64,000 nucleotides of DNA, taken from positions 124,001 to 188,000 of IMG/VR virus record IMGVR_UViG_3300028840_006257. One strand, written 5' to 3'. The notes under the pieces were generated by a model. It searched no databases. It was not told where the DNA came from and saw only the letters and a program-made list of their open reading frames with translations. The translations under genes and the position numbers were made by a program. Shown in pieces: positions 38,818 through 48,651 of the stretch. Positions within the stretch are counted from its first letter, which is position 1. Each line of letters starts with the position of its first letter.

Positions 38818-39308
38818 GCAAAAGAACGAAAAGAAGGCACACATCACGTCCAACAACGCTGACGTGTGCCAATGCGTTGTGCGGGAAAGAATTCCAATCC
38901 TACGAAGGACCGGCGCATCTCAAGCGAAGCAAACGGCACTACTGTTGTCGGTCGTGTCAGAACACGACCCATGGTCTGGGGGGCACCGAGCGCCATAAGA
39001 TCTGGGAACGCCTCAGGAAACGGGCACGGCAGCAAAAAATCCCGTTTGAACTCACCGTGCACGACATCCCGGAAATCCCGGTACGATGTCCCGTTTTGGG
39101 CATCGAGATCAAGGCAAACTCCGAGGCTGGTCCTCTGGATACCAGTCCTTCGGTCGACAAAATCAACCCGTCCCAAGGGTATGTCCCCGGCAACATCCGC
39201 ATCATCAGCAACAGGGCTAACCGTATTCGCTCAGATGCCACGGCAGAGGAACTCTACAAAATCGCCCAAGATGCCGAGACATTGGAGGCCCGTAAAGCGG
39301 CGAGGTAA
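38814..39308 (+). mobile_element. Free-standing His-Me finger (HNH-like) homing endonuclease
   Basis: Start refined to ATG 38814 (ATGA overlap). CxxxxC...YCCRSC finger; CPVLG...SPSVDKINPSQGYVPGNIRIISNRAN; low GC. Confidence 0.8.
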
Positions 39309-39317
39309 GGTGAAGAC

Positions 39318-40109
39318 ATGCCGAACAGGCGACAGTTTCTGCAGATGCTCGGCCTCGGAGGAGCCTCCCTGGCCGTGTCCGCCGCCGTCGAGGCGAGCCC
39401 CATCGTCCCGCTGTTCTCGGGACGTGAAAGCAAGGTCTGGAGGCCCGAGCATGCCAGTTTGACGCGGAGTCACCTCGTCCTCACGCGTCCGAAGGAAACG
39501 TCGTGGACGCAATCTCCCACTCCCCGAGGCGCTCTTCTGGGCATCCAGCGGCTCGGCAAGAAGCGGTGGCCCATCGTGGGAGGAATGCGCCTTCCGATGA
39601 TCGATGACGCGGAAATCTGGTCCTCACCATGGAGGACGCGTCCTGAATCCGCCTTTTCCAACATCCGCGATGTCAAAGTCTTGCTGGAGAAGGGCGACGA
39701 TCCGCACGAGGCGTTCTACCGAGCCGCGATGAAGATGCGAGACGAGTTCGCCACGCAGTCGCGTCGGCGATTTGCCCAGGTTCCCGAGCCCCGACGACCC
39801 TACTCCCTGCTCGTCACCCTCGTGGACACTCCCATCTTCGCGGGTCCGTTGACCACTCCGGGGCCCTACGAGCCGGAAGACGCCGAGCGAGGTTTCTACC
39901 TCGAGATCAGCTACACTCCGCACCTCGTCGAGAACGGAGATCTCGAGCTCAACGGCTGGGGAATCTACTCCGAGAACGGCGAGTATCCGATAGAGGTTCC
40001 GACCGACGTGGACTTCGACCGCCTCCTGACCCTCGACCGCCTCGTTCTCGCGGGGGACGCCGATCCCCTCAGGTTCGCGGGCAAGCTGATCTCGGCCGCG
40101 CAGGATTGA
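39318..40109 (+). CDS. Hypothetical protein with twin-arginine (TAT)-like signal
   Basis: MPNRRQFLQMLGLGGASLAVSAAVEA. Confidence 0.6.
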   Translation: MPNRRQFLQMLGLGGASLAVSAAVEASPIVPLFSGRESKVWRPEHASLTRSHLVLTRPKETSWTQSPTPRGALLGIQRLGKKRWPIVGGMRLPMIDDAEIWSSPWRTRPESAFSNIRDVKVLLEKGDDPHEAFYRAAMKMRDEFATQSRRRFAQVPEPRRPYSLLVTLVDTPIFAGPLTTPGPYEPEDAERGFYLEISYTPHLVENGDLELNGWGIYSENGEYPIEVPTDVDFDRLLTLDRLVLAGDADPLRFAGKLISAAQD

Positions 40110-40112
40110 TCC

Positions 40113-42671
40113 ATGCGCATCGTGACGATGACGCGCAAGCCGTGCTCAGGTGGCAGCGCGACGAACAACGTCATCGGGCACCAGGCGGGAGCGCTGAACA
40201 TCGACGGCTGCCGCGTCGGGTACCTGTCCACGCGAGATTTTCGGGAGACGGTTAGCCGCAATCCGGGCACAGATCGCCGATTCGTCTCGAACCTGTACGA
40301 CACACAGAGCAAGACGAGGCCGATGCAGAGAGTGGACACGTCGGGAAGGTGGCCCGCGAACGTCGTGCTCGTCCACCGCCCAGAGTGTCATCATGTCGGC
40401 GCCGTCGCCGGACCTGGCTACACGATCAACCGCTGGACCGACGGGGCCAAGCCCTTCGGGGGCGGTGCGGGCCACGAGTACGAGAGCAAAGAACGGTCCG
40501 AGGAGCGCATCCCCGTCTGGGATTGCGTGGATTCCTGCGCTGTGGGGAAAATGGACGAACAGAGCGGGGTTTCTCGAAGCGGTGCCATGAGGCGGTACGT
40601 CGGCGCCTACGAGGGCGACTCCGTAACGGGATTTCTCCGTGGAAATTCAGGGCCGCACAACCAGAGGGATGATGTGGGAACCGCGGCCCGCTTTTTCAAG
40701 CAGGTGCAGAGCGAGGAGGACGCCATGAGCAACGTCCCACGGGAACTCTGGGACTACCTCTACACGATGATCGCGCCGCCACTCAGCTGCGAACCCATCA
40801 TCATCATGGACGCCGACCTGGCGGCCCTCGACCTCTCGCAGTTCGAGGACTCCTCCGTCCACGGCATGATCACGGTCGGGAACCCGGAGCTCTACATGAA
40901 GGAGATCGACCGGGTGCTCAAGCCAGGGGCACACCTTCTCCTGATCGCCCCCGACACTGAGCCGACGGGACACACGGGAGCCTGTGCCGTGGAGGACTTC
41001 GGCTACGAGATACGCGATGCCATCGCCCTCCTGGATGCTCCCGCCGAGTTCCACTACGTCGCGAAGGCGAGCACGAGCGAGCGCAACGCGGGCGTCCCCG
41101 AGTTCAGGCGCACGGTCGAGGTCGCGCGGCTGTTCCCGGCGGACGGCGTGGACGTCGAGGACCTCGCGGAGGACATGGCCGAACACCTCGAGGAGGAGCA
41201 GGCGCGCACGTGGCTTGAGGAGGGGCTGCCTCCGCACGCGGTGCCCGAAGATTTGAAGGACAAGTTCGTGGAGCGCAAGGTCAGCGTCGAGAAGGTGCGC
41301 CGCAACGATCACCCTTGTTTGCATCCTGATGACTTAGTGATGACCGCGAGGGGGTACCGGCCGTTGACGGAGGTTCAAACGGGGGATCTCGTATACTCGC
41401 AGGACGGTAGGTTCCACGTTATCGAGGAGGTCACCCGTCATCCGTATGCAGGCCCCTGTCTTTACGAGATCAGGGTGATCGGAACTAACTACACGACGAG
41501 AGCGAGCAACAACCACCCTTTCCTGGTCTGGCGGCCCGTGCGCGAGAGACGGTACATCCTGGGGGGGCACGTTCTGTGGCTTGATGCGGCAGATGTCCAA
41601 CGAGGGGATTACACGATGACTCCGATCATGGAGGACGAGCCTCTTGGAGACGGGCGCTCGGAGGAGTTGGCGGCACGAGCCGACGACGAAGAGTTCTGGT
41701 TCATGTTTGGTCTCTACCTGGCCGAAGGTTCAATCCATACTGCCGGGCCCGGGAAAGCCGCCTATCCGTCCTATGGATTGGGCGACCATGAGGACGATTT
41801 GCATCTGCGGATTGACGAGTACTTCGCACATGTCAAAGTCGGAATCTATGAGAAGGAATCGGGTACCGCCGTCGCAATCATTCCTTTTGATGCTGAGGCA
41901 GGACGAATTTTCCTCTGGCTCGGGGGAAAGGGAGCCGCGACTAAGAGTCTTCGTCCTGAGTTCTGGAGTCTCTCTCGGAGCGCACGAGAGGCAGTTTACG
42001 AGGGTTACATGGCCGGAGACGGAGGAGACGTCAGGAATCACAGGCAGTGCAAAACAGTATCGCAGGACCTCGCCTCTCAGATGTGGCTTCTTTCCGAGGG
42101 ACTGGGCTACAAGGCCAATCTGTTCCGGTACCCCGGAACGCCAGGTGGGATTGGAGATCGCGTCTTCAAGAGTGTAAGCCCTGAGCATCAGATGCACTTT
42201 TATAGTCGGAATCAGGCGCTCCAAAGGCGACAGCCTTCCAGGCCCACGCATCTTGAGCATGAAGGTCGACGGTATCTTCTGCGCTACGTCAAGGAAGTCC
42301 GAGAAGTCCCCTACGAGGGAGACGTGATGAACCTCAGCGTGGAGGGGTCTCCGACTTTCATGACACCTGTCGGGATGACCCACAACACCTGCAAACCCGT
42401 CGGCGTGATGGAACGGCTCCTCGCCGACGTCCCCAAGGACGCCCTCGTGGTCGATCCGTTCGTGGGTTCGGGCACGACCGGCATCGCGTGTCTCAGGACG
42501 GGACATGACTTCGTCGGCATCGAGCAGGACGCCGAGTACCTGAAGATCGCGGACCAGCGAATCCGGTACTGGGATCGAGCGGAGGCCGCGTGGCAGAACG
42601 CTGAGATCGAGAGCGAGGCCGAGCTCGAGGAGGACGAGCCGATGACTCTTGAGGACCTGTTCGGAGGCTAG
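40113..42671 (+). CDS. DNA methyltransferase C-terminal part (variable region, decayed catalytic region, motifs X-I-II-III) with intein
   Basis: Begins MRIVTMTRKP...GALNIDGCRV...GRWPAN...AARFF; RVLKPGAHLL...EDFGYEIRD present but DPPY absent; HP|TCKP; VDPFVGSGTTG; GIEQDAEY. Confidence 0.8.
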   Translation: MRIVTMTRKPCSGGSATNNVIGHQAGALNIDGCRVGYLSTRDFRETVSRNPGTDRRFVSNLYDTQSKTRPMQRVDTSGRWPANVVLVHRPECHHVGAVAGPGYTINRWTDGAKPFGGGAGHEYESKERSEERIPVWDCVDSCAVGKMDEQSGVSRSGAMRRYVGAYEGDSVTGFLRGNSGPHNQRDDVGTAARFFKQVQSEEDAMSNVPRELWDYLYTMIAPPLSCEPIIIMDADLAALDLSQFEDSSVHGMITVGNPELYMKEIDRVLKPGAHLLLIAPDTEPTGHTGACAVEDFGYEIRDAIALLDAPAEFHYVAKASTSERNAGVPEFRRTVEVARLFPADGVDVEDLAEDMAEHLEEEQARTWLEEGLPPHAVPEDLKDKFVERKVSVEKVRRNDHPCLHPDDLVMTARGYRPLTEVQTGDLVYSQDGRFHVIEEVTRHPYAGPCLYEIRVIGTNYTTRASNNHPFLVWRPVRERRYILGGHVLWLDAADVQRGDYTMTPIMEDEPLGDGRSEELAARADDEEFWFMFGLYLAEGSIHTAGPGKAAYPSYGLGDHEDDLHLRIDEYFAHVKVGIYEKESGTAVAIIPFDAEAGRIFLWLGGKGAATKSLRPEFWSLSRSAREAVYEGYMAGDGGDVRNHRQCKTVSQDLASQMWLLSEGLGYKANLFRYPGTPGGIGDRVFKSVSPEHQMHFYSRNQALQRRQPSRPTHLEHEGRRYLLRYVKEVREVPYEGDVMNLSVEGSPTFMTPVGMTHNTCKPVGVMERLLADVPKDALVVDPFVGSGTTGIACLRTGHDFVGIEQDAEYLKIADQRIRYWDRAEAAWQNAEIESEAELEEDEPMTLEDLFGG
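41316..42386 (+). mobile_element. Intein (357 aa, LAGLIDADG) in methyltransferase motif X
   Basis: Starts CLHPDD, ends GMTHN, +1 Thr; FGLYLAEGS and YEGYMAGDG motifs. Confidence 0.9.
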
Positions 42672-42674
42672 GCC

Positions 42675-43322
42675 ATGCGCGTCGTGACGGTGGCCCGAAA
42701 GCCGTGTTCGGAGAGCAGCACGGTGCGGAACGTGGTCAGGCACCAGGCGGGTGCGATCAACGTCGACGGCACGCGAGTCGCCGGACCTGCGTGGGTTCGG
42801 AGCACGGAGACGCTCGAGGACATCCGAGGAGGCCGGTATGGGGCCGCATCGAAGGACCGGATCGTGACGGAACCTCGAGAGATGCCCGAGGGAGGGCGCT
42901 GGCCCTGCAACGTCGTTTTCGTGCACCGTCCCACGTGCCAGGCCGTCGGGACGCGGAAGGTCTCGACCGGGACCGCCGTCCGACGCAACGTGGGGCACTC
43001 GACCAGGGGCCTGATCAGCTACGCGCGAGGAACCAAGGACGCCGAGATGAAGGACGACGTGACCTACGGCGAGAGAGACGGGAAGGAGACGGTGCTCGAC
43101 TGGCGCTGCGAGTCCGGCTGTCCCGTGGCCGAACTGGACCGACAGAGCGGGTTTCTCGCCTCAGGAGCGGGGGCCGTCAAGCGGGCGAGCTCGCAGGACC
43201 GAGAGGATAACAGGAGCGCGACCTACGGCGCCGAGAACCGTCGGGACGGCGAGCCCCAGGTCTGCTACGGAGATAGCGGGGGTGCCTCCCGGTTCTTCCG
43301 GCACTTCAAGGCCAGCTCCTGA
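42675..43322 (+). CDS. Stand-alone second copy of the methyltransferase variable (TRD-like) region
   Basis: MRVVTVARKP...GAINVDGTRV...GRWPCNVVFVH...CPVAELDRQSG...GASRFF parallels the N-terminus of the 40113 ORF; no catalytic or SAM motif. Confidence 0.7.
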   Translation: MRVVTVARKPCSESSTVRNVVRHQAGAINVDGTRVAGPAWVRSTETLEDIRGGRYGAASKDRIVTEPREMPEGGRWPCNVVFVHRPTCQAVGTRKVSTGTAVRRNVGHSTRGLISYARGTKDAEMKDDVTYGERDGKETVLDWRCESGCPVAELDRQSGFLASGAGAVKRASSQDREDNRSATYGAENRRDGEPQVCYGDSGGASRFFRHFKASS

Positions 43323-43430
43323 TCCCCCGTCGCCCCCTCTTGAGCCTCTGGCATGGTCGGGGACCCCTCCGGCTGGTCCGCACACAGTCGGGCCCTTGAA
43401 GGGCGTAAAAGCAGGGAGGAGGTCGATGGC

Positions 43431-44354
43431 ATGAGCTACACGGAGATGTACGCGGTCCGCGAGGACGGGGAGGTCGTGTCCTTCGCCGAGTTCGCGAACT
43501 CGCACGGCGGCGGCATGGCCGTCTGGCGCATCCTCATCAAGAAGTACTTCGGCGTCACCGGGGTTGGGCTCATAAAGATGATGGACGGCGGCTTCAAGGG
43601 ACTGTTCGAGTTCCAGAAGGAAGGCAAACTTCAACCCTGGGAGGACGTGGTGCTGACCACGACCTGCGATAACGTGATCGTCCCCATCGAGTGTGTCGAG
43701 ACCGTGGCTTCCGCGATGGAGGTTTTCGACGACACCTACGGGCCCGTCGAGAGGACCGAGCAGCGCGCCTTCTCCATCGGGCAGCAGGCCAAGGAGCTTC
43801 GTCGGATGCTGGCCGAGCGCGAGGAGCACGGCTGGCGAGGCGTCTGCTGGAACCAGACCTCCGTGAACGGAGACGCCCTCTGGTACGGCAGATGGGTCGA
43901 GTGTTCCGAGTGCGATTCCGTGGAGAGGGAACACGACGAGGAGGGGGAGAACGTTCCGTACAACGTCGACGAGCATGACGACCACTGGTTCTACAAGCCC
44001 GAGAGGATCGAGGGCGGATACGCGAGACCCAGGTCGAGCAAGGAGAGCGTCTACGACGAGCGGATTTCGCCGCTCATGACGGAGATTTTGAAGGTCTGCA
44101 AGGAGCACGGGATCAACATGGCCGCGACGTTCTCCCTCGACCCGTGCCAGGACGAGGAGAGCGAGAGCTACGGTGAGCCTCTCCTGTGCACTTCGGTCCT
44201 CGCGGTCGACGAGGCCGACGCCGCGGGTTTCGCGCTCGTGAACAACGTCCGACGCGTCGTACGCGACGGTTGGAAGGTCCAAGGGCCGCTCACGACGACC
44301 ATGACCATCCTTTCGCGCGACCCGCGCGGCTCCGGGGAGGACGGGGGCGAATGA
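43431..44354 (+). CDS. Hypothetical protein (~307 aa)
   Basis: Start refined to ATG 43431 (SD GGAGGAGG); may be a fusion of two small phage domains. Confidence 0.6.
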   Translation: MSYTEMYAVREDGEVVSFAEFANSHGGGMAVWRILIKKYFGVTGVGLIKMMDGGFKGLFEFQKEGKLQPWEDVVLTTTCDNVIVPIECVETVASAMEVFDDTYGPVERTEQRAFSIGQQAKELRRMLAEREEHGWRGVCWNQTSVNGDALWYGRWVECSECDSVEREHDEEGENVPYNVDEHDDHWFYKPERIEGGYARPRSSKESVYDERISPLMTEILKVCKEHGINMAATFSLDPCQDEESESYGEPLLCTSVLAVDEADAAGFALVNNVRRVVRDGWKVQGPLTTTMTILSRDPRGSGEDGGE

Positions 44355-44378
44355 GGCGCGTCTGCGCGCCCCGGAGCG

Positions 44379-44407
44379 TGTAAAAACTTCACGATCATCG
44401 TGCAGAG
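44379..44407 (+). promoter_or_regulatory. 29-bp motif TGTAAAAAC-NN-CACG-N5-CGTG-CAGAG, copy 2
   Basis: Matches the copy at 26618; ends 5 nt before the ligase ATG. Confidence 0.6.
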
Positions 44408-44412
44408 AGCGT

Positions 44413-46371
44413 ATGGCTAGCCGAAACATCCCGGAGATCGTCGAGCAGCTCGAGCAGTGGCGCGAGGCGTACTACAACGCCGAGCCGCTCGTCGACGACG
44501 CCGAGTACGACGCGCTCCTAGACGAGCTGCACGAGCTCGACCCCAACAACCCGTTCTTCAAGCACGTCGGCGCGACGCCGAAGGCTTCGACCAAGTGGAA
44601 GAAGGTCCGGCACGGCGCGCCGATGGGCTCCTTGAACAAGGTCCAGACTCCAGCCGAATTCGATGCCTGGGAGCAGGACGCCATCGCGAAGATCCGGGCA
44701 GCCGAGCGCGCCGGAGACCTCGACGGCCCAACGCGCGACTTTGTGATCAGCGAGAAGCTCGACGGCATCTCGGTCTCCATGCACTACGAGCAAGGCAGGC
44801 TGGCCGAGGCGATCACGCGGGGCGACGGCGAGACCGGCGAGGACATCACGCGCAACGTCCTGCTGATGAAGGGCGTCGTGAAGAAGGCGCGCGACTTCAG
44901 CGGGTACGTCCGAGGCGAGATCATCCTCACCAAGTCCGCCCACAAGAAGCACGTCCCCGACTACAAGAATCCTCGCAACGCGGCCTCCGGCATCGCAAAG
45001 CGCGAGTCCGACCCGGAGCCCTGCAAGCACCTCACCGTGGTCTGCTACCAGGTCATCAGCGACAAGCACAACATCGAGCGCAAGAGCCACGAGTTCAGGC
45101 TGCTCGAGGCCCTCGGCTTCGAGACCCCGAACTGGGAACTCCTCAAGGCAGGTGATGCCAGGGAGGTCCAGCAGGTCTACGACGAGTACGTGGCGAAGAG
45201 GCGCGACGCGCTCGACTACGAGATCGACGGCCTCGTCATCGAGTTCGACGATCTCGCCGCGATGGAACATCTGGGCGAGCACGACGGGCGTCCGAAGGGC
45301 GCGCGGGCCTTCAAGTTTCCGCACGAGGAGCAGGCGACGAGGCTTCGAGAGATCGTCTGGCAGGTCGGCAACTCGGGTCGAGTGACCCCGGTCGCCTACT
45401 TCGATGGCGTGAGCCTCGCGGGCGCGACGGTGTCGCAGGCGAGCCTGCACAACGAGTCCAACGTCCGGCGCCTCGCCGCCAGCTGCCCCCAGGGCCTCCT
45501 CGGCAAGTCCGACAAGATCCTGGTCAGCCGCCGCAACGACGTGATCCCCTACGTGGAGAGGGTCATAGCTGCCTCCAAGAGGGAGCGCCTGGCCGTTCCG
45601 AATGAGTGTCCCTCCTGTGGCACGAGGCTGACCAAGAAGGGCGAGTACCTCGTCTGCGCGAACGAGAAGAAATGCCCCGCGCAGCGGAGCGGCGCCGTCA
45701 AGCGATGGGTCAAGAAACTCGACATCAAGGGATGGGGCGACACCCTCGTCGAGGCTCTGTGCGAGTCGGGGATGGTCCGCGGCGTGGCCGACCTGTACGG
45801 TCTCGACGCGGACGAGCTGGGCGACCTGACGCTCTCGGGCAAGAAGGTCGGCAAGAGCACGGCCACCAAGGTCCTCAAGAACCTGCGGGCCAAGATGAAC
45901 CTGTCCATCGTGGACTTCGTCGGTTCCTTGGGCATCGACCTTTGGGGTCGCAGCATGGTGAAGTTCATCGTCCAGGCCGGGTTCGACACCCTGGAGAAGA
46001 TGGAGGACGCCTCGGTGGCCCAGATCGCGGCCGTGCCTGGCGTCGGTGACACGAAGGCCACGGCCTTCGTGGACGGGTTCAAGCACCGCCGGAAGGTGAT
46101 TGACGAGCTCCTGGCCGCGGGCGTGAAGATCAAGAAGCCGGTGACGGGCGGCAAGCTGAGCGGCGTGTCGTTCTGCTTCACAGGAGTGCGCGACCGCGCC
46201 TTCGAGACGCAGATCGAGGAGGCGGGCGGCACCGTGAAGAGCGGCGTTGGTAAGGGCCTGACCTACCTAGTCGCGAAGTCGAAAAGCGGCTCTTCTGCCA
46301 AACTCAAGAAGGCTAAGGCTCAAGGAGTCCAGATCCTCACTTTGGAGGAAGCGAAAGGGTTTCTGAAATGA
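44413..46371 (+). CDS. ligA: NAD-dependent DNA ligase
   Basis: AYYNAEP...DAEYD, ISEKLDG (KxDG), VRGE, NPRNAASG, YEIDGLV, AFKF, WQVGNSGRVTP, Zn finger CPSCG...C...C, HhH repeats and a C-terminal BRCT domain. Confidence 0.95.
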   Translation: MASRNIPEIVEQLEQWREAYYNAEPLVDDAEYDALLDELHELDPNNPFFKHVGATPKASTKWKKVRHGAPMGSLNKVQTPAEFDAWEQDAIAKIRAAERAGDLDGPTRDFVISEKLDGISVSMHYEQGRLAEAITRGDGETGEDITRNVLLMKGVVKKARDFSGYVRGEIILTKSAHKKHVPDYKNPRNAASGIAKRESDPEPCKHLTVVCYQVISDKHNIERKSHEFRLLEALGFETPNWELLKAGDAREVQQVYDEYVAKRRDALDYEIDGLVIEFDDLAAMEHLGEHDGRPKGARAFKFPHEEQATRLREIVWQVGNSGRVTPVAYFDGVSLAGATVSQASLHNESNVRRLAASCPQGLLGKSDKILVSRRNDVIPYVERVIAASKRERLAVPNECPSCGTRLTKKGEYLVCANEKKCPAQRSGAVKRWVKKLDIKGWGDTLVEALCESGMVRGVADLYGLDADELGDLTLSGKKVGKSTATKVLKNLRAKMNLSIVDFVGSLGIDLWGRSMVKFIVQAGFDTLEKMEDASVAQIAAVPGVGDTKATAFVDGFKHRRKVIDELLAAGVKIKKPVTGGKLSGVSFCFTGVRDRAFETQIEEAGGTVKSGVGKGLTYLVAKSKSGSSAKLKKAKAQGVQILTLEEAKGFLK

Positions 46372-46850
46372 ATCAGTGCCCGGTCTGTCACCAAGATTTC
46401 CAGAATGTGTGGGGGCATGCCAGGAAGCACCGCGACGTGGCTCATCGGTCGTTTGTGGAGGAGATGGTGGAGGAAGTTATCCAGGATTTCCACTCTCGCG
46501 AGACGGCAGTACAGGTCGCACAGCGATTTCCGTTCAACCCGGAGGTAGTGAAACGAATTTGGCGCGACCACTACACTGTGGAGGAACGTACCCACAGGCG
46601 TCTTTCGTTGCTGGCTCGCGAGCGACCATCGTGTAAAAGGTATGGGAAACCTGTGAAGGAAATGAGGGGCAAATTCTGTTCGGTTCGGTGCTCCAACATG
46701 GTGAACGGTCAGAGGAGCGATTTCCGAAAGCGTCGTTCGCAGAGTTTGAAAGGACGCCCCAAGACGGAAGTCCACCGCCAGAGGATCTCGGAGACTTTGA
46801 AACGTGAAGCGGAGCAGGGAACTCTGGCGCCGCCCTCAGAGCCCCTATAG
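46368..46850 (+). pseudogene. Probable truncated homing endonuclease (Zn finger and NUMOD3 DNA-binding part only)
   Basis: CPVC...H...H, FCSVRC, RSQSLKGRPKTEVHRQRISETLK; low GC; stops without a nuclease domain. Confidence 0.55.
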
Positions 46851-46916
46851 CACTCCTTCAGCGTGGGATCGATGCTCACGGTGGGTCGGCGTCCCCTGCG
46901 GGCGTACAAGGGAGGC

Positions 46917-47573
46917 ATGAAGCTCGCGGATGCCTACGAGCGCATTCGGCTCAAGCCGCTCGTCCCGTTCGAGCGAGGAGAGGGCGTCCTGGTGCGCCGC
47001 GCCGTCGGCGGGGTGGGGATCAGGGGCATAGGTTCCTCGGTTCACATGCTCGTCGAGCTCTACCTCGATCTGGCCGACGCCCTCCGAGAAGTCGCCTTGT
47101 GGGAACGGCATCGGGTCAGGTTCTTGGTGGTATGTCTCGACCATCACCAGGCTCGGGATTTCCGCGGAGTGCTGGAGCAGATCCACGGCACTCTCGACCA
47201 GGATGTCGCCCTCGACCAGATCAGCTTCTTCCCCGAGACCTCCGACGAGCAGCGTCTCCGTGGATACGAGTGGCACTCGTGGGGCGTGTTCTGCGACCAC
47301 GCCGTCAAGGAGAGGCACGACCTGGAGAGGTCGGTCGGTCCCTACCGCCTGGTACGGTCGCTCGAGCGTGGCTCCTCGGCGTGGGTGGCTCGCGACCGCG
47401 ACGGAGGGCTCGTCTGTCACCTGACCGACGATGGCATGCGGGATCTCGTCGACGCCAGCCCGTGCCCGATCACCTACCGTCCGGACCCGAAGGTTGTTCC
47501 CGTCACGTACCCGGCGTGGTCTAGCTTCGGTGATCGGATCGACATCAGGCTGACGAGGGCCTTTCAGCTGTGA
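46917..47573 (+). CDS. Hypothetical protein (~218 aa)
   Basis: Start refined to ATG 46917 (SD GGGAGG). Confidence 0.55.
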   Translation: MKLADAYERIRLKPLVPFERGEGVLVRRAVGGVGIRGIGSSVHMLVELYLDLADALREVALWERHRVRFLVVCLDHHQARDFRGVLEQIHGTLDQDVALDQISFFPETSDEQRLRGYEWHSWGVFCDHAVKERHDLERSVGPYRLVRSLERGSSAWVARDRDGGLVCHLTDDGMRDLVDASPCPITYRPDPKVVPVTYPAWSSFGDRIDIRLTRAFQL

Positions 47574-48157
47574 GCACGTCCAGACTTCGGGCTAGGGCCG
47601 ACAGGGTCAATCAGGAGTGCGACCTGGGCGCGCTCCTGCAGGAGTACGGCTACGCGGTCGTCCCGGATCGCCAGCGCGAGCAGCAGTTCTCGTGCGACCT
47701 GCACGGCGTGGACGCGAAGCCGTCGGCCCGGCTCTACGGCGCGACCAACTCGACGTACTGCTGGGTCTGTCAGAAGACCCGCGATCCCATCGCCTACGTC
47801 ATGGAGAAAGAGCACGTCGGCTTCGTCGAGGCCGTCGACATGCTCGAGAGGCGCCTGGGGCTTTCCCCGCTTCCGTGGAAGGACGAGGAGGAGCGGCCGA
47901 GGGACCTGGTCGACGAGCTCGAGGACCTAGCCTCTGCCGACGGGGGCTATGAGGTGGAACGTGGTCGCGCGCGCCGTTTCCTCGATCAGCTCACCCAGGA
48001 ACGCGAGCTCGACGTGCTCACGCTCCTCGCTTTCTGGGAGGCGTTCGATCGGGTCGAGTACGCGGTCGCCAGGCAGGGTTGGCCCGAGAGGAAGGGCGCC
48101 GAGGCGATGGCGAAGATCAGGGAGCGCGTGATGGCTCGTCTTCGGGAGGCATCGTGA
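47570..48157 (+). CDS. CHC2 zinc-finger (DnaG primase zinc-binding domain) protein without TOPRIM domain
   Basis: FSCDLHGVDAKPSARLY...YCWVC...DPIAYVMEKEHVGFVEAVDML. Confidence 0.8.
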   Translation: MSTSRLRARADRVNQECDLGALLQEYGYAVVPDRQREQQFSCDLHGVDAKPSARLYGATNSTYCWVCQKTRDPIAYVMEKEHVGFVEAVDMLERRLGLSPLPWKDEEERPRDLVDELEDLASADGGYEVERGRARRFLDQLTQERELDVLTLLAFWEAFDRVEYAVARQGWPERKGAEAMAKIRERVMARLREAS

Positions 48158-48609
48158 TTCGCGGGTTCCGCTACGTCGTTCTCGACGACCCCGACCGTCA
48201 TGCTCGGCTCCCCGTGATGTTCCCGACGCCGCGGCGCGACGAGCCGTGGGGGGTACTGGCACCCCTGCGCGGGACGAAGTGGGGCGAACAGATTCCCGTC
48301 GTCACGGGCGAGGCGCTGTCGCACGCGCTCCACGGACATCCGAAGATGCTTCGTGAAATGTGGGGCAACCCTCCCCGGACGCGCGCCATGCGACTCGAGG
48401 CGAAGCACCGACTATGCCACGAGCACCAGCACGGCATCTGCGCGATCAGGACCCCCGACTGCCACCCGGGTTCCGCGCAGATGCCCGACTGCTACGTCGC
48501 TCCCCTTCAGGACCAACACGTCAGGCGCCTGGCGGACGTCGTGGCCCGCGCCTGGGCCGAGGACCGGCACGTGTTCGTGGTCGAGGGACCCGAGTTCGTC
48601 GTCACGTAG
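48154..48609 (+). CDS. Hypothetical protein (~151 aa), Cys/His cluster
   Basis: GTGA overlap at 48154; CHEHQHGICAIRTPDC. Confidence 0.5.
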   Translation: MIRGFRYVVLDDPDRHARLPVMFPTPRRDEPWGVLAPLRGTKWGEQIPVVTGEALSHALHGHPKMLREMWGNPPRTRAMRLEAKHRLCHEHQHGICAIRTPDCHPGSAQMPDCYVAPLQDQHVRRLADVVARAWAEDRHVFVVEGPEFVVT

Positions 48610-48651
48610 GAACGTGAAAACCGAGGCGGGTAGAACCAGAAGAGAACACCC

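Noticed and set aside
46368-47573. In-frame TAG readthrough joining the NUMOD3 ORF to the next ORF
   Set aside because: The frames do coincide, but the downstream ORF has its own GGGAGG/ATG, a different codon style and no nuclease motif; likely chance.
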